This document shows, one piece after another, positions 30,806-40,775 of a stretch of 64,000 bases of DNA. The translations under genes and the position numbers were made by a program. Under the pieces are notes generated by a model. The model was not told the origin of the DNA and made no database searches. It was given only the letters and a program-made list of their open reading frames with translations. The stretch's first letter is position 1, and each line of letters begins with the position of its first letter. Origin of the DNA: an uncultured Methylomirabilota bacterium (GTDB taxonomy: Bacteria; Methylomirabilota; Methylomirabilia; Methylomirabilales; 2-02-FULL-66-22); NCBI GenBank assembly GCA_963705305.1, contig OY970067.1:1632001-1696000 (forward strand), in the 5' to 3' direction.

Positions 30806-31525
30806 CTATTGCGACCGCGTGCTTGCCTTTAAACCCAAATAGGCTGCGTGAATTAAATCCGAATCCTGAAGGCTACCGGCTTGACCTTCGGAAGCCAGCG
30901 CACCGTTTTGGATAATGTACGCCCTGTGTGCTCGTTCAAGCGCCAACACGGCATTTTGCTCCACAAGCAGAATCGTCATCCCCTGACGATTAATAACTTC
31001 AATGGCCACAAAGAGGTCCTCAATGATCCGAGGTGCTAACCCCAACGAGGGCTCGTCCAGGAGGAGACATTGCGGACCACTCATCAAGCCCCTACCTATT
31101 GCGAGCATTTGCTGTTCACCACCACTCAAGGTGCCCCCTGTCTGTTTCAAGCGGTCCCGGAGTGGCGGGAATATGCTTAGGACGTAAGCTAACCGTTCAC
31201 TGCGCGCGTGCCACTTCGCGTACGCGCCCACCTCAAGGTTTTCTCGGACGGTCAGTTCTGGAAAAATTCGTCTCCCTTCTGGCACGTGGGCTATTCCCAG
31301 TTGCGCGATCTCGTGGGGCGCCAGCCCAGCGATATTCCTTTCCCTCAGGGTGATTTCTCCTCCTCGTGGTTTAATCAGGCCGGAGATGGTATTGAGAAGC
31401 GTCGTCTTGCCCGCCCCGTTCCTTCCTAGGACTCCAACAATTTGCCCCGGCTTTACATTCAACGTAATATCCTTTAAGGCCATGAGTCCGCCATAACCAG
31501 CATATAGGCCTTTAATCTGCAGCAC
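30806..31525 (-). CDS. Branched-chain amino acid-type ABC ATPase (LivF-like)
   Basis: GRNGAGKT, VPEGRRIF, LSGGEQQML and DEPSLGLAP motifs. Confidence 0.95.
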   Translation of the reverse strand: MLQIKGLYAGYGGLMALKDITLNVKPGQIVGVLGRNGAGKTTLLNTISGLIKPRGGEITLRERNIAGLAPHEIAQLGIAHVPEGRRIFPELTVRENLEVGAYAKWHARSERLAYVLSIFPPLRDRLKQTGGTLSGGEQQMLAIGRGLMSGPQCLLLDEPSLGLAPRIIEDLFVAIEVINRQGMTILLVEQNAVLALERAHRAYIIQNGALASEGQAGSLQDSDLIHAAYLGLKASTRSQ

Positions 31526-32291
31526 GTCTCGCGCCTTTCTTTCCGAGGTACGCCTCGATGACCTTCGGGTTGCCGCCAACTTCCATTGGCGTCCCACTGG
31601 CGATGATCTCACCATAATTCATGACATAAATGCTGTCGCAGAGGTGCATGACAACATCGAGATTATGTTCGATCAAGAAGACGGTCAACCCTTCGGAGGA
31701 GATGTGCGTGATGAGCCGCGCCATCTCCAATGACTCCTCAGGACTCATTCCCGCAACAGGTTCGTCAAGCAGGAGAATTGTTGGATCACATGCGAGGGCT
31801 CTGGCGAGCTCCAGCTGCCTTTGTTCTCCATATGGAATATTCCTCGCCATCAGGTCTCGCCTCTTCAAGAGCCCGACCCGCCTCAAAAGCTCCTCAGCCT
31901 TGAGCCGGTCTCGCTCAACGGCCGCTCTGTGGGCTGCAGTGTGTCGTAGGCCACCCACACTTCCGAACTCACTGACCCAAATGCTGCCACAGACGACATT
32001 CTCTAGGACAGTCATATCATCGAACAGCATACTCCTCTGAAACGTACGCAGGACGCCGAGTCGCGCGCATCCGTACGACCGCAACCGTGTTATGTCCTTG
32101 CCATTCAGGAAAATGCGGCCCGCATCCGGCGTATCAACGCCAGAAATGACATTGAACAATGTGGTTTTCCCGGCGCCGTTGGGGCCTATTAAAGCCGTAA
32201 TCCTCCCTTTCGGGACGCTCATCGACACATCATGCACCGCGCGCACGCCTCCGAATGCTTTTGACACATTCTGTATGTCTAGAATGTGCAT
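31512..32291 (-). CDS. Branched-chain amino acid-type ABC ATPase (LivG-like)
   Basis: GPNGAGKTT, PYGEQRQLELARAL, DEPVAGM and IEH motifs. Confidence 0.95.
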   Translation of the reverse strand: MHILDIQNVSKAFGGVRAVHDVSMSVPKGRITALIGPNGAGKTTLFNVISGVDTPDAGRIFLNGKDITRLRSYGCARLGVLRTFQRSMLFDDMTVLENVVCGSIWVSEFGSVGGLRHTAAHRAAVERDRLKAEELLRRVGLLKRRDLMARNIPYGEQRQLELARALACDPTILLLDEPVAGMSPEESLEMARLITHISSEGLTVFLIEHNLDVVMHLCDSIYVMNYGEIIASGTPMEVGGNPKVIEAYLGKKGARRAAD

Positions 32292-32301
32292 GATCTCACA
32301 C

Positions 32302-33273
32302 TCATGAAAACGACGATTGTTTCCGCTCAAGAACTTGCGCGATCTGGCGGGGCAGGCTAATCGCCCCGCGAGGAAGGAATATCACGATCATGATAAGGAT
32401 CAGTCCCACAATTATCACTTGTCCCCGGTCGAATGACCGCAGTTGCTCCCCTATGACCGTGTAAATCATCGAGCCCACCAAACCCCCATAGATACTAGTA
32501 GGCCCTCCGATAACCGTCATAGTCAAAAACATGACCGATTCGTCAAATGTAAAACTTTCGGGCGCGATGATCCCCTCTAGATGAGCATACAAACTCCCCG
32601 CAATTCCTGCCAAGAATGCACAGATCAGAAATGACAGTAGCCGATACATGTAAACATTTATGCCGAGCGCTTCGATGGCGAGCTCATTATTTCCAATGGC
32701 ACGAAAGATTAATCCGATGTTGGAGGTCGTCAGCCGGTGCGTGAGATATACGATCCCAGCAACAACTACCCATGTTAAATAGTAATACGAAATGTAACCA
32801 CTGAACACAATGGGTCCTATCCTTGCCGGCGGGATGGCCCCTAGGCCCGACACACCGCCCGTTAGAGTCGTGGCATTTTTAAAAAGTACCGTCATGCTTA
32901 AGGTAAATCCAAGTGTCGCCATCGCAAGGTACGGTCCACGCGTGCGAAGGCAGGGAAACCCAATTACGAGGGCAAACAGCGTCGCGATCAGTCCGGACGC
33001 TATAAAGGCCAAAGGGAATGGAATCCCAGCGATCGTCATAATTCCGGATGCATAGGCGCCAATTCCAAAAAATGCTGCCTGGCATAGAGAAATCTGTCCG
33101 GTGAACCCCATGAAGAGTGTCAGCCCCATAACAGCGACCGTGTAGATGCCTGTGAGAACAAACACTCGGACCCGAAAGGGATTCGCAACCCAGGGCAACA
33201 CAAGAATCGCAGCGCAAAAAAGCGTTATGATCCAATGATTAAGCCGGGCTTCGAGGTTTCTCGTCATCATCAC
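32302..33273 (-). CDS. LivM-like ABC permease
   Basis: GFTGQISL.QAAFFGIGAY and GPYLAMATLGF motifs. Confidence 0.93.
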   Translation of the reverse strand: MMMTRNLEARLNHWIITLFCAAILVLPWVANPFRVRVFVLTGIYTVAVMGLTLFMGFTGQISLCQAAFFGIGAYASGIMTIAGIPFPLAFIASGLIATLFALVIGFPCLRTRGPYLAMATLGFTLSMTVLFKNATTLTGGVSGLGAIPPARIGPIVFSGYISYYYLTWVVVAGIVYLTHRLTTSNIGLIFRAIGNNELAIEALGINVYMYRLLSFLICAFLAGIAGSLYAHLEGIIAPESFTFDESVMFLTMTVIGGPTSIYGGLVGSMIYTVIGEQLRSFDRGQVIIVGLILIMIVIFLPRGAISLPRQIAQVLERKQSSFS

Positions 33274-34145
33274 ACTTTCTCCCGCCGCGCGCGGAACAGA
33301 AGCCCCTTAGGACGCACTGCGATCACTAAGATCAATAGACAAAAGCTAATAACATCCTTGTAGAGCGAAGACAGATAGATACTCACAAACTGCTCTATGA
33401 CTCCAAGAATGAAACCTCCGAGAATGGCTCCTGGAAGGCTCCCCATTCCTCCAACAATAGCACAAATGAATCCCTTGATCCCCATCCACAGACCCATATC
33501 GAATGTGACAAAGGCGAGAGGCGCGAAAAGCAACCCAGCGCCCCCCCCTAACATCGTGCTGAGAGCGTATACCCATGACTTGAATCGCGGAACATTAATT
33601 CCCATTAGTGCTGCGATGTTAGGATCTTGCGCTACTGCCCGCATGGCTTTTCCGCTTCTCGTTTTCTTTAGGTAAGCATGCAACAACGCTACGACCACCA
33701 GCGCCATTCCCAGCGTCCATAACTGATCGGGGATCAGCGCGATCCCTGCGATGATGACGGGTGCTTCGCTCAGGGTGGGCGGGAATCGGTAGGCGACCGC
33801 TCCTGTTAGAATGTTGGCAGATTGCCGTAAGACCATAGATATGCCAATGGTGGATATAAACAGTGTTAGCATGGGAGCTGAATAAAGCGGGCGGATCGCT
33901 AGATATTCAATTATGACTCCGACCACAGCACAGGCTAACATGGTGATAACCCACGTAATCCAAAGAGGCAAGCCGAGAGTAACATGGCAAAACAGGCCAA
34001 TGAACGCCCCAAGCATAAAGCTCTCGCCATGCGCAAAATTCAGAAGGTTCATGGCTCGATACTGCATAGAAAAGCCAAGAGCCACCAGTCCATAAGTGGC
34101 TCCTAATGTCAAACCGAAAAGGATTTGCTGGAGGACGTTACTCAC
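33270..34145 (-). CDS. LivH-like ABC permease
   Basis: YGLVALGF, LNFAHGE, GKAMRAVAQD and IVGGMGS motifs. Confidence 0.93.
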   Translation of the reverse strand: MSNVLQQILFGLTLGATYGLVALGFSMQYRAMNLLNFAHGESFMLGAFIGLFCHVTLGLPLWITWVITMLACAVVGVIIEYLAIRPLYSAPMLTLFISTIGISMVLRQSANILTGAVAYRFPPTLSEAPVIIAGIALIPDQLWTLGMALVVVALLHAYLKKTRSGKAMRAVAQDPNIAALMGINVPRFKSWVYALSTMLGGGAGLLFAPLAFVTFDMGLWMGIKGFICAIVGGMGSLPGAILGGFILGVIEQFVSIYLSSLYKDVISFCLLILVIAVRPKGLLFRARREKV

Positions 34146-34796
34146 ACCTGATTCTCCTGCAAATGCTTTTTTTCTCGCTACGGTCTCCGGCTCAGCGTCT
34201 CTTCCATGCAGAGTGTAGAAAGCCCCCGAGAGGGTGCTGTTCGAGACCACGTTACAGGGATTTTCACGTTTGCATTAGCTCCTGAAGGCCGCGGAGGAAG
34301 TTCAATAGGTCTGCGTCTAGGCGCAGACCCTGCTGGCAGCCGACCTGCGGAACATCATGAGCACCAGCGGTGCATCGCTGTGCGGCTTGCCTTTGTCGGT
34401 CTGGTGCCTCGCTGTCGGAGGCGCGCGACTGTAAGGAAGCAGTTGCTTCCGCGATTGCCCCAGCCGCCCAAGGCTGGGTTGAGGATAGCAAGCCGCTTAA
34501 AAATATCACTCATAAAGATAATAAACCACAGCTCTGAGAACGCCGATCGGAAAGGGGGTAAATCAAGGAAACACACAACAGCCGATCGTCGCTCATTAAC
34601 CACTACGCGGCTCTACGGGCAATTTCACGGAGACCGGGCGCTAGCCGCCTTAGAAATCCCATGACACGTTCCGGAGCACCGTCGCTCACGCAGAGAAAGG
34701 CCCTCGATATCACGAATCACGTCCCGGCAGACTCCACCACGAGTGCCTTCGAAATCGATCTCGGGCTTCTCACTCAGCACACGAGAGCTTGCGCTA

Positions 34797-35933
34797 CTAT
34801 TTCATATACTCTACAAACAACGTCTTTCCGTCTTGGATCTTATAGATAATCGCGCCTTTCTCGGCTTGGCCGGTCGCGTCAAATTTGATTTCACCCCCAA
34901 CCCCTTGGAAGGTTAGAGTTCTCAGGGCATTTTGGATCTTCTCAGGATCGGTCCCCACCTTTCCGATAACATCAGCCACGACTCTGATGCCGTCATAACT
35001 ATCAATGGCAGTATCGGATGGTACACTGTTCCACCTAGCCACAAAACGCTTCCCGAACTCCTGCATTCTTGGGTCGGGATTGTAGTAAGAACTCGTAGAC
35101 TGCATAAACATTACGCCATTCGACGCCGATCCGGATAGCTGGACATATTCTGGAAATTGTAGGGATGCATTCCCTATCAGTTGCGCCTTCAAGCCCACCT
35201 CTTTCATCTGCCGCGTTATTAATGCTATTTCAGTATAGTATCCCCATACGACAAGAAGATCGGCGTCCCCAGCATATTTGATCTTTTCTAGTTGCCCGTG
35301 GAAATCGGTATCTCCCCTGCTGAACGCCTCCGTAGCGACCAACTGCTTGCCGGGCGATTTCTTGACAATGTCCGCCACAATCTCACTGGGTGGTCGGCCA
35401 TAATCGGAATTCTCATAGAGAGTGGCAATTCTCTTCCACTCCGGTTTTAGATTAATTTTGTGTCCCAGCAAAATCGCGGTCTTTTTATCCGTTAAAGCCA
35501 ATCTTGAGACCCAGTGGTACCCCTTTTCTGTGATGAGTGGCGAGGCCCCGCTAGAACAGAAGAGCGGAACCTTGGCCTTTTCCGTCACTTCCATCATCGC
35601 GAGGGAATCAATGCTATTTGGTGAGCCCATAACCACCGGTACCCTGTCTTCATAGATCAGGCGCTGTGCCAGCGTGGCCGCGACCGGCGGCTTACTCGTC
35701 GTGTCATAAACAATGAGATCGAGTTTCTTCCCGTTAATCCCTCCCTTCGAGTTTACGTCTTCCATCCCCATCGTGAGCGCCTGTTTACCGCCGATCCCAT
35801 ATAGACTTGCCGATCCCGTAAGGGGGTAGGCGGCGCCGAGAGTAATTACTCCTTGGGCGAAGGCCGAGTGCGGAATTCCCCAGCAAGTGACAAGCAATGC
35901 GACGATGGCAAGTGCCCCACCAATCCTTCTCAT
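34797..35933 (-). CDS. LivK/LivJ-like ABC substrate-binding protein
   Basis: Signal peptide ending AFA-Q; PLTGSASLYG, GGINGKKL, ENSDYG and GVGGEIKFD motifs. Confidence 0.93.
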   Translation of the reverse strand: MRRIGGALAIVALLVTCWGIPHSAFAQGVITLGAAYPLTGSASLYGIGGKQALTMGMEDVNSKGGINGKKLDLIVYDTTSKPPVAATLAQRLIYEDRVPVVMGSPNSIDSLAMMEVTEKAKVPLFCSSGASPLITEKGYHWVSRLALTDKKTAILLGHKINLKPEWKRIATLYENSDYGRPPSEIVADIVKKSPGKQLVATEAFSRGDTDFHGQLEKIKYAGDADLLVVWGYYTEIALITRQMKEVGLKAQLIGNASLQFPEYVQLSGSASNGVMFMQSTSSYYNPDPRMQEFGKRFVARWNSVPSDTAIDSYDGIRVVADVIGKVGTDPEKIQNALRTLTFQGVGGEIKFDATGQAEKGAIIYKIQDGKTLFVEYMK

Positions 35934-36032
35934 GACCCATCCCTCCTGGCAAGGATTCAATTTTCCAAGGCAAGGAGCTGTCTTCGGGAGCAGTCGGAGA
36001 CGCATTTGAATTTGAAGGGACCTTATATAAGG

Positions 36033-36086
36033 TTGGATCTAATCTAGGATTCGATATAATAATATGCATATCGAATTAATTGTCAA
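36033..36086. promoter_or_regulatory. Overlapping divergent promoter elements with an inverted-repeat operator
   Basis: Minus-strand TTGACA (36081-36086) with TATTAT; plus-strand TATAAT (36055-36060); perfect inverted repeat ATTCGATAT-N10-ATATCGAAT (36049-36076). Confidence 0.6.
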
Positions 36087-36239
36087 GGATAATATCTGCC
36101 TCTATCAGGAAGAAAATGTAAAATGCATGAAAACGGGTAGGATATTTAGAGTATAATGGTCGCTCAACTCGTTAATCGGCAGGAGGATCATTCAGAACCT
36201 CCTTGACATATCCCCACGTTAGAGTATATATAACATTGG

Positions 36240-36632
36240 ATCTAAAAACACCGCCTCGAAAGGACGGCGTCGGCTGAAAGTCTGTTCGAAGTCGGTTGGC
36301 CGGCCCAGATTGGGTTCCTTCTTCTTCGGCGATGTAATCTATGACCATCTTTTCGGTGAGGGCGGACGAGGTTACCACAAAAGTAGCGACGTGCCCGAAG
36401 GTGGGGCCTCCAGAACTGATTCCGGAGGTGCGGAACTTCTCGAGGAACATGTGGGAGTTGATCCCCTTGAGCCAGTGGACGATTAACGTCACACCTGACA
36501 TCAGTGGTGCGTGATCAGCAAGTGGATATGGCCGGGTGCCACGGTCTCCGAGAGGACGTTGAGTTCGTGTTTCACGATCTCCAAAACTCGCCTGTAGGCG
36601 AGGGCTTTCGAACGTCCCTGGGTAGATATTAA
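36240..36632 (-). pseudogene. tnpA: IS200/IS605 TnpA (Y1 HUH) remnant with right-end hairpin
   Basis: GHIHLLI (HUH), IVHWLKGINSH and EKMVIDYIAEEE across frameshifts. GC hairpin near 36250-36270. 5' part cut by IS5. Confidence 0.75.
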
Positions 36633-37524
36633 GTGCTTATCCGTAAATAGATATTGTACGCATTTCGCGCTCATGGTAATGTATCTCCATGAGTGCACAC
36701 CGATCCTGGACCGTCTCCGACGACTTGTGGGCCAAGGTTGCCCCCCTGATCCCGCCCCGGAAACGCCTGAAGGGGCAGCGGTACCAGCGTAAGCCCGGGG
36801 GTGGCCGGAAGCCGCTGGACCCCCGGCGGGTCTTCGAGGGGATTGTGTATGCGCTGCGGACGGGGTGCCAGTGGAAGGCGCTCCCCCAGGCGCAGTTCGG
36901 GAGCCCCAGCTCCATCCACAAGTACTTCCTCGCCTGGAAGCGCGCCGGGGTCTTCGTCCGGCTCTGGCGGCACGGCCTGGCGGAATACGATGAATTGGAG
37001 GGCATTGCCTGGGCGTGGCAGCGCGGCGATACGGCGCTCGGGAAAGCCCCCCTGGCGCAGGAAGCCGTCGGGGCCAACCCGACGGATCGGGGGAAAAAAG
37101 GGCACGAAGCGCCGCCTGCTCGTGGACGCCCGTGGAATCCCGCTGTCGAGCGTCGTCAGCGGGGCGAACCGGCATGACGTGCGCCTCCTGACGCCGACGC
37201 TGGATGGCCTGGTCGTGGGTCGGCCGGCGGTCCGGCACCAGTTGTGTGCGGATAAGGGGTACACCAAGCAGCCCGCCTGGACCGCGATGGTCCACCGCGG
37301 GTACCGGCCGCATGTGCCCCAGCGGGGCGAGGCCGCCCCGCGCCGTCACCACCCGCGGGGTCGCGCCCGGCGCTGGGTGGTTGAGCGCACGCTCTCCTGG
37401 CTGAACCGGTTCCGGAAGCTGCTCGTGCGCTTCGAGAAGCTGCGGGCCAGTCACCTGGCACTCTTGGAGCTCGCATGCGCATTGATCGTCTTTCGCCAGG
37501 TAATCGTTATTCAGGGATAAGCTC
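36633..37524 (+). mobile_element. IS5 family element, apparently intact, with two ORFs joined by a -1 frameshift
   Basis: TAA target duplication. Inverted repeats GTGCTTATCCGTAAATA / GAGCTTATCCCTGAATA. OrfA 36689 (LRTGCQWKALP), slippery AAAAAAG near 37094-37100, orfB to 37520 (ADKGY, RWVVERTLSWLNRFRKL). Confidence 0.92.
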
Positions 37525-37563
37525 TAAGTCAATTTGCTTTTCCTTTTTCTACGTTGGAAGAAA

Positions 37564-38304
37564 ATGGCATTCAAATCCAGGAAAACCAGACCCCATATTT
37601 CTAAAGAACAATATGCATATGAGCGGATTCGAGAAGCTATCTTTTCGGGAGAATTTGCGGCCGGTGAGACGCTTGTACAAACGAGAATCGCCGTGAAACT
37701 GGGCGTGAGTGTGATTCCAGTACGTGCGGCAATACGCCGATTGATGAGTGAAGGCCACATAGTACAGGAACACCATCACCCTCCCAAGGTGGCCAAAATG
37801 GCCATCACTGATCTAGAGGAAACGAGGCTCGTAAGAGAGCATTTGGAGGCTTGGGCGATAAAGGAGGCTGTACCCCGGATCGAGTCATCACAGTTGAAGG
37901 TAATAGCGGAACATTTAAGTGAGCTCGATACGGCCCTTCATAATAACGATATGCCGCAATTTGCCTCTCTCAATAAGCGCTTTCATCTTACAATCTACCA
38001 GGCGTGCCCGTACCGCTTGGTGTTTCAAATGATTAGAGATTTGTGGGAAAGAACTGACCGATACGGTTTTCGCGCAATGTTCAGCTTGATACCGCATCTT
38101 GCACAACAGTCCCAAGCCGACCACCAACGCCTAGTCAAAGCCATCGAGCAGGGCGCTGCAGAAGAAGCGGCGAGACTGATCGTTGAGCATAATAGTCGCG
38201 CTCGGAGGGTCTACTCTACTTATCTCCGATCGAATCTGAACGGCGGGGCTCCCGATCCTCTCAGCGTGACCCAACCCCCGAAAACTGATCCACTTCGAAG
38301 TTGA
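37564..38304 (+). CDS. GntR family regulator (FCD domain)
   Basis: LGVSVIPVRAAIRRL, NKRFHLTIY and DHQRLV motifs. The last about 12 codons and the stop lie inside the downstream IS3 end. Confidence 0.92.
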   Translation: MAFKSRKTRPHISKEQYAYERIREAIFSGEFAAGETLVQTRIAVKLGVSVIPVRAAIRRLMSEGHIVQEHHHPPKVAKMAITDLEETRLVREHLEAWAIKEAVPRIESSQLKVIAEHLSELDTALHNNDMPQFASLNKRFHLTIYQACPYRLVFQMIRDLWERTDRYGFRAMFSLIPHLAQQSQADHQRLVKAIEQGAAEEAARLIVEHNSRARRVYSTYLRSNLNGGAPDPLSVTQPPKTDPLRS

Positions 38305-39769
38305 GCTTTTGGCCATCGCGTGGTTCTCTTACACCGGAAAGGAGGCCACGAGGATGCCCAAGAAGGGCCGCAGTGAGGAGGATATGCTCCGGGCCTTGCA
38401 CGTGGTCGAGGCCGGGGAAGCGGGGGTGGCGGCCTGCCGGACGGACGGCATCAGCCAGCAGACCCTCTACGTGTGGAAGAAGAGGTGCGCGGGGCTGGGG
38501 CTGAGCGAGCTCTGCGAACTCCGCCAGCTCCGGGAGGAGAACGCCAAGCTGAAACGGCTGGTGGCGGATTTGAGCTTGGACTGCCACACCCTCCAGGCGA
38601 GCGTCGGGCGACGAGGCTCCTCAGGGTCCACCGGTCCACGGCGCGGGACCCGTCCACACCGGGATTCGCAGGAGGCGCTCCGGATCCGCCTCCGGGAACT
38701 GGCCGCGAGCCGAGTGCGCGGGGCCTGCCGGCTCCCGGGGCTGCGGCGGCGGGAGGGCTGGTCGGGGACCGCGAAACGGAGCTCCCGGCTCGACCCGAAG
38801 GATGGTTTGCTCGGGCGCACGAAACCCCGGAAACGCGCCGCGCGGCGGCAGCGCCTCCCCCAGATCCCAGTCCGCGCGCCGAACCGGCGCTGGGCCATGG
38901 ACTTCGTCCACCAGCGGCTGGTGGATGGGCGCTGGTTCCGCGTGCTGACCGTCTTCGACCAGGCTACCCGCGAGTGCCTGCGACTGGTCGCGGATAGCAG
39001 CTTGAGCGGGCAGAAGGTCGCGGTCGTCCTGGAGCCCCTCGTCCACTGCCGCAGGGCCCCGCAGGCCATCACGGTGGACAGCTGCGCGGAGTTCGCCAGT
39101 CGGGCCCTGGACGTTTGGGCCGCCCAGCACGGGGTCCAGCTCGACGTCCTCCGCCCCGGGAAGCCCGTCGAGAACGGCTTCATTGAATTGTGCACCGGCC
39201 GGCTCCGCGACAAGTGCCTGAACGTGGAGGTCTTCTTCTCGCTGGTCGATGCCCGGCGGAAGCTCGAACGCTGGCGGGAGGATTATAATCGCCGCCGCCC
39301 CCACTCCGCGCTGCAGGACCGGACCCCCGCGGAAGTGGCGGCTCGGTGGACGACCGTAGCGTTGCGGGAGCTGGAGACTGTTCCCGTTAAGCCGGACTCA
39401 CGCATGTTGGCTGAGACCCTCAGTTGAGTTACATTAACCTGAATCCGCCGCATCAAGCTGCTGCCGAATCAAAGCTGGCAGCGTGAGGCCTGGGAGAAAT
39501 GGAACAAAGTCCTTTTCGGGCCAACCGCACTTTTGGTGAGGTTCCCCCGTAAAGCACCAAAGCTCATCCTTTGCGCGCGGACACTGGCCTGTTGAATTGT
39601 CCCTCAGTCCGATGGCGCCGGTTTCAGGTTAACGGAGAATCGCTTGAGAAATCAGGCCAGATCGAACAACAGAGGTCAAAAACTCCACCTATTTTTTGAC
39701 CAGATTCCGGGGGTACCTCAGCCGGTTTAAACTAACATTGCGGGTGGACCAATCAGTGGGGGCAGGCCA
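38267..39769 (+). mobile_element. Degenerate IS3 (IS407-group-like) element
   Basis: Inverted repeats TGACCCAACCCCCGAAAACTGATCCAC / TGGCCTGCCCCCACTGATTGGTCCAC. ORF 38309-39427 fuses orfA and orfB with decayed motifs (VDSCAEF, IELCTGRLRDKCL). An extra IS3-like end lies near 39697-39720. Confidence 0.85.
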
Positions 39770-39817
39770 ACCACGGGCGGACTCAGCCCAGCAGGAACTC
39801 TGAAGGGGAGAGTTCGG

Positions 39818-40771
39818 ATGGCGCGGTACATCCTTCGACGGTTTCTACTGGGGATCCCTTTGCTGGTGGGCCTGTCGTTTGCTGCCTTCGTCCTCATGCG
39901 CCTCGCTCCGGGCGGCCCTATGGCCGTCTATGCCCAGAGTCCTTCCATGAGCGAGGCCGACATGCGGCGGATCGAGCACCTCCTCGGCCTCGACCAGCCG
40001 ATCCCCTTACAATATGTCAAATGGGCGGCGGGGATGGCCACAGGCAACCTGGGCTACTCCTACCGTACCGGGCGGCCGGTCGGCGAAATCATCCTGGAGC
40101 GGCTGCCGGCCACTCTCGAATTGATGGGCGCCGCCTACCTGATCGCGATCACACTCGGCATCAGCACGGGCATCGTGAGCGCCGTCCGTCGCTACAGCCT
40201 CTTCGACTACTGTGCCACCACTGGGGCGATGGTCGGCCTGTCCGTGCCCACCTTCTGGTTCGGCTTGGTGGTGATCATCGTGTTCGCGGGCATGCTGCGC
40301 TGGATCCCGTCCGGTGGCATCGCCACCCTCGGGGTGCCCTTCTCACTCTCCGATCGGTGCATCCACCTCGTTGGACCTGCCACCGTTCTTGGGCTGTGGA
40401 TGACCGCGACCTGGAGCCGATACACCCGCTCGAGTATGCTAGAGGTGATCGGACAGGATTTCGTCCGGACCGCGCGGGCGAAAGGGCTTCGGTCGGGGAG
40501 GATCCTCCTTCGCCACGTGCTCCGGAACGCGCTGATCCCGCTTATCACACTAGCTGGATTGGAGTTCCGGAACCTCATCGGGGGAGCGCTGGTGACCGAG
40601 ACCGTCTTCGCCTGGCCGGGTGTCGGTCGTCTCTATCTCGATTCCCTGGGCTTCCAGGATTATCCCGTCATCCTGGGACTGCTCCTCGCCACGTCGGTCC
40701 TCGTCTTGGCTGGGAACCTCCTGGCGGACATTCTCTACGCCGTTGTGGATCCCCGAATCCGCTTGAGGTGA
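39818..40771 (+). CDS. Opp/Dpp-type ABC permease B
   Basis: LGLDQPIPLQY, ERLPATLEL, DFVRTARAKGL and TETVFAWPGVG motifs. Confidence 0.95.
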   Translation: MARYILRRFLLGIPLLVGLSFAAFVLMRLAPGGPMAVYAQSPSMSEADMRRIEHLLGLDQPIPLQYVKWAAGMATGNLGYSYRTGRPVGEIILERLPATLELMGAAYLIAITLGISTGIVSAVRRYSLFDYCATTGAMVGLSVPTFWFGLVVIIVFAGMLRWIPSGGIATLGVPFSLSDRCIHLVGPATVLGLWMTATWSRYTRSSMLEVIGQDFVRTARAKGLRSGRILLRHVLRNALIPLITLAGLEFRNLIGGALVTETVFAWPGVGRLYLDSLGFQDYPVILGLLLATSVLVLAGNLLADILYAVVDPRIRLR

Positions 40772-40775
40772 GCGT

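Noticed and set aside
34200..34790. Long gap inside the liv operon with hairpin GGTCTGCG..CGCAGACC (34308-34329) and a GGCTCT-type IS-like end near 34609
   Set aside because: No recognisable riboswitch, ncRNA or assignable element.
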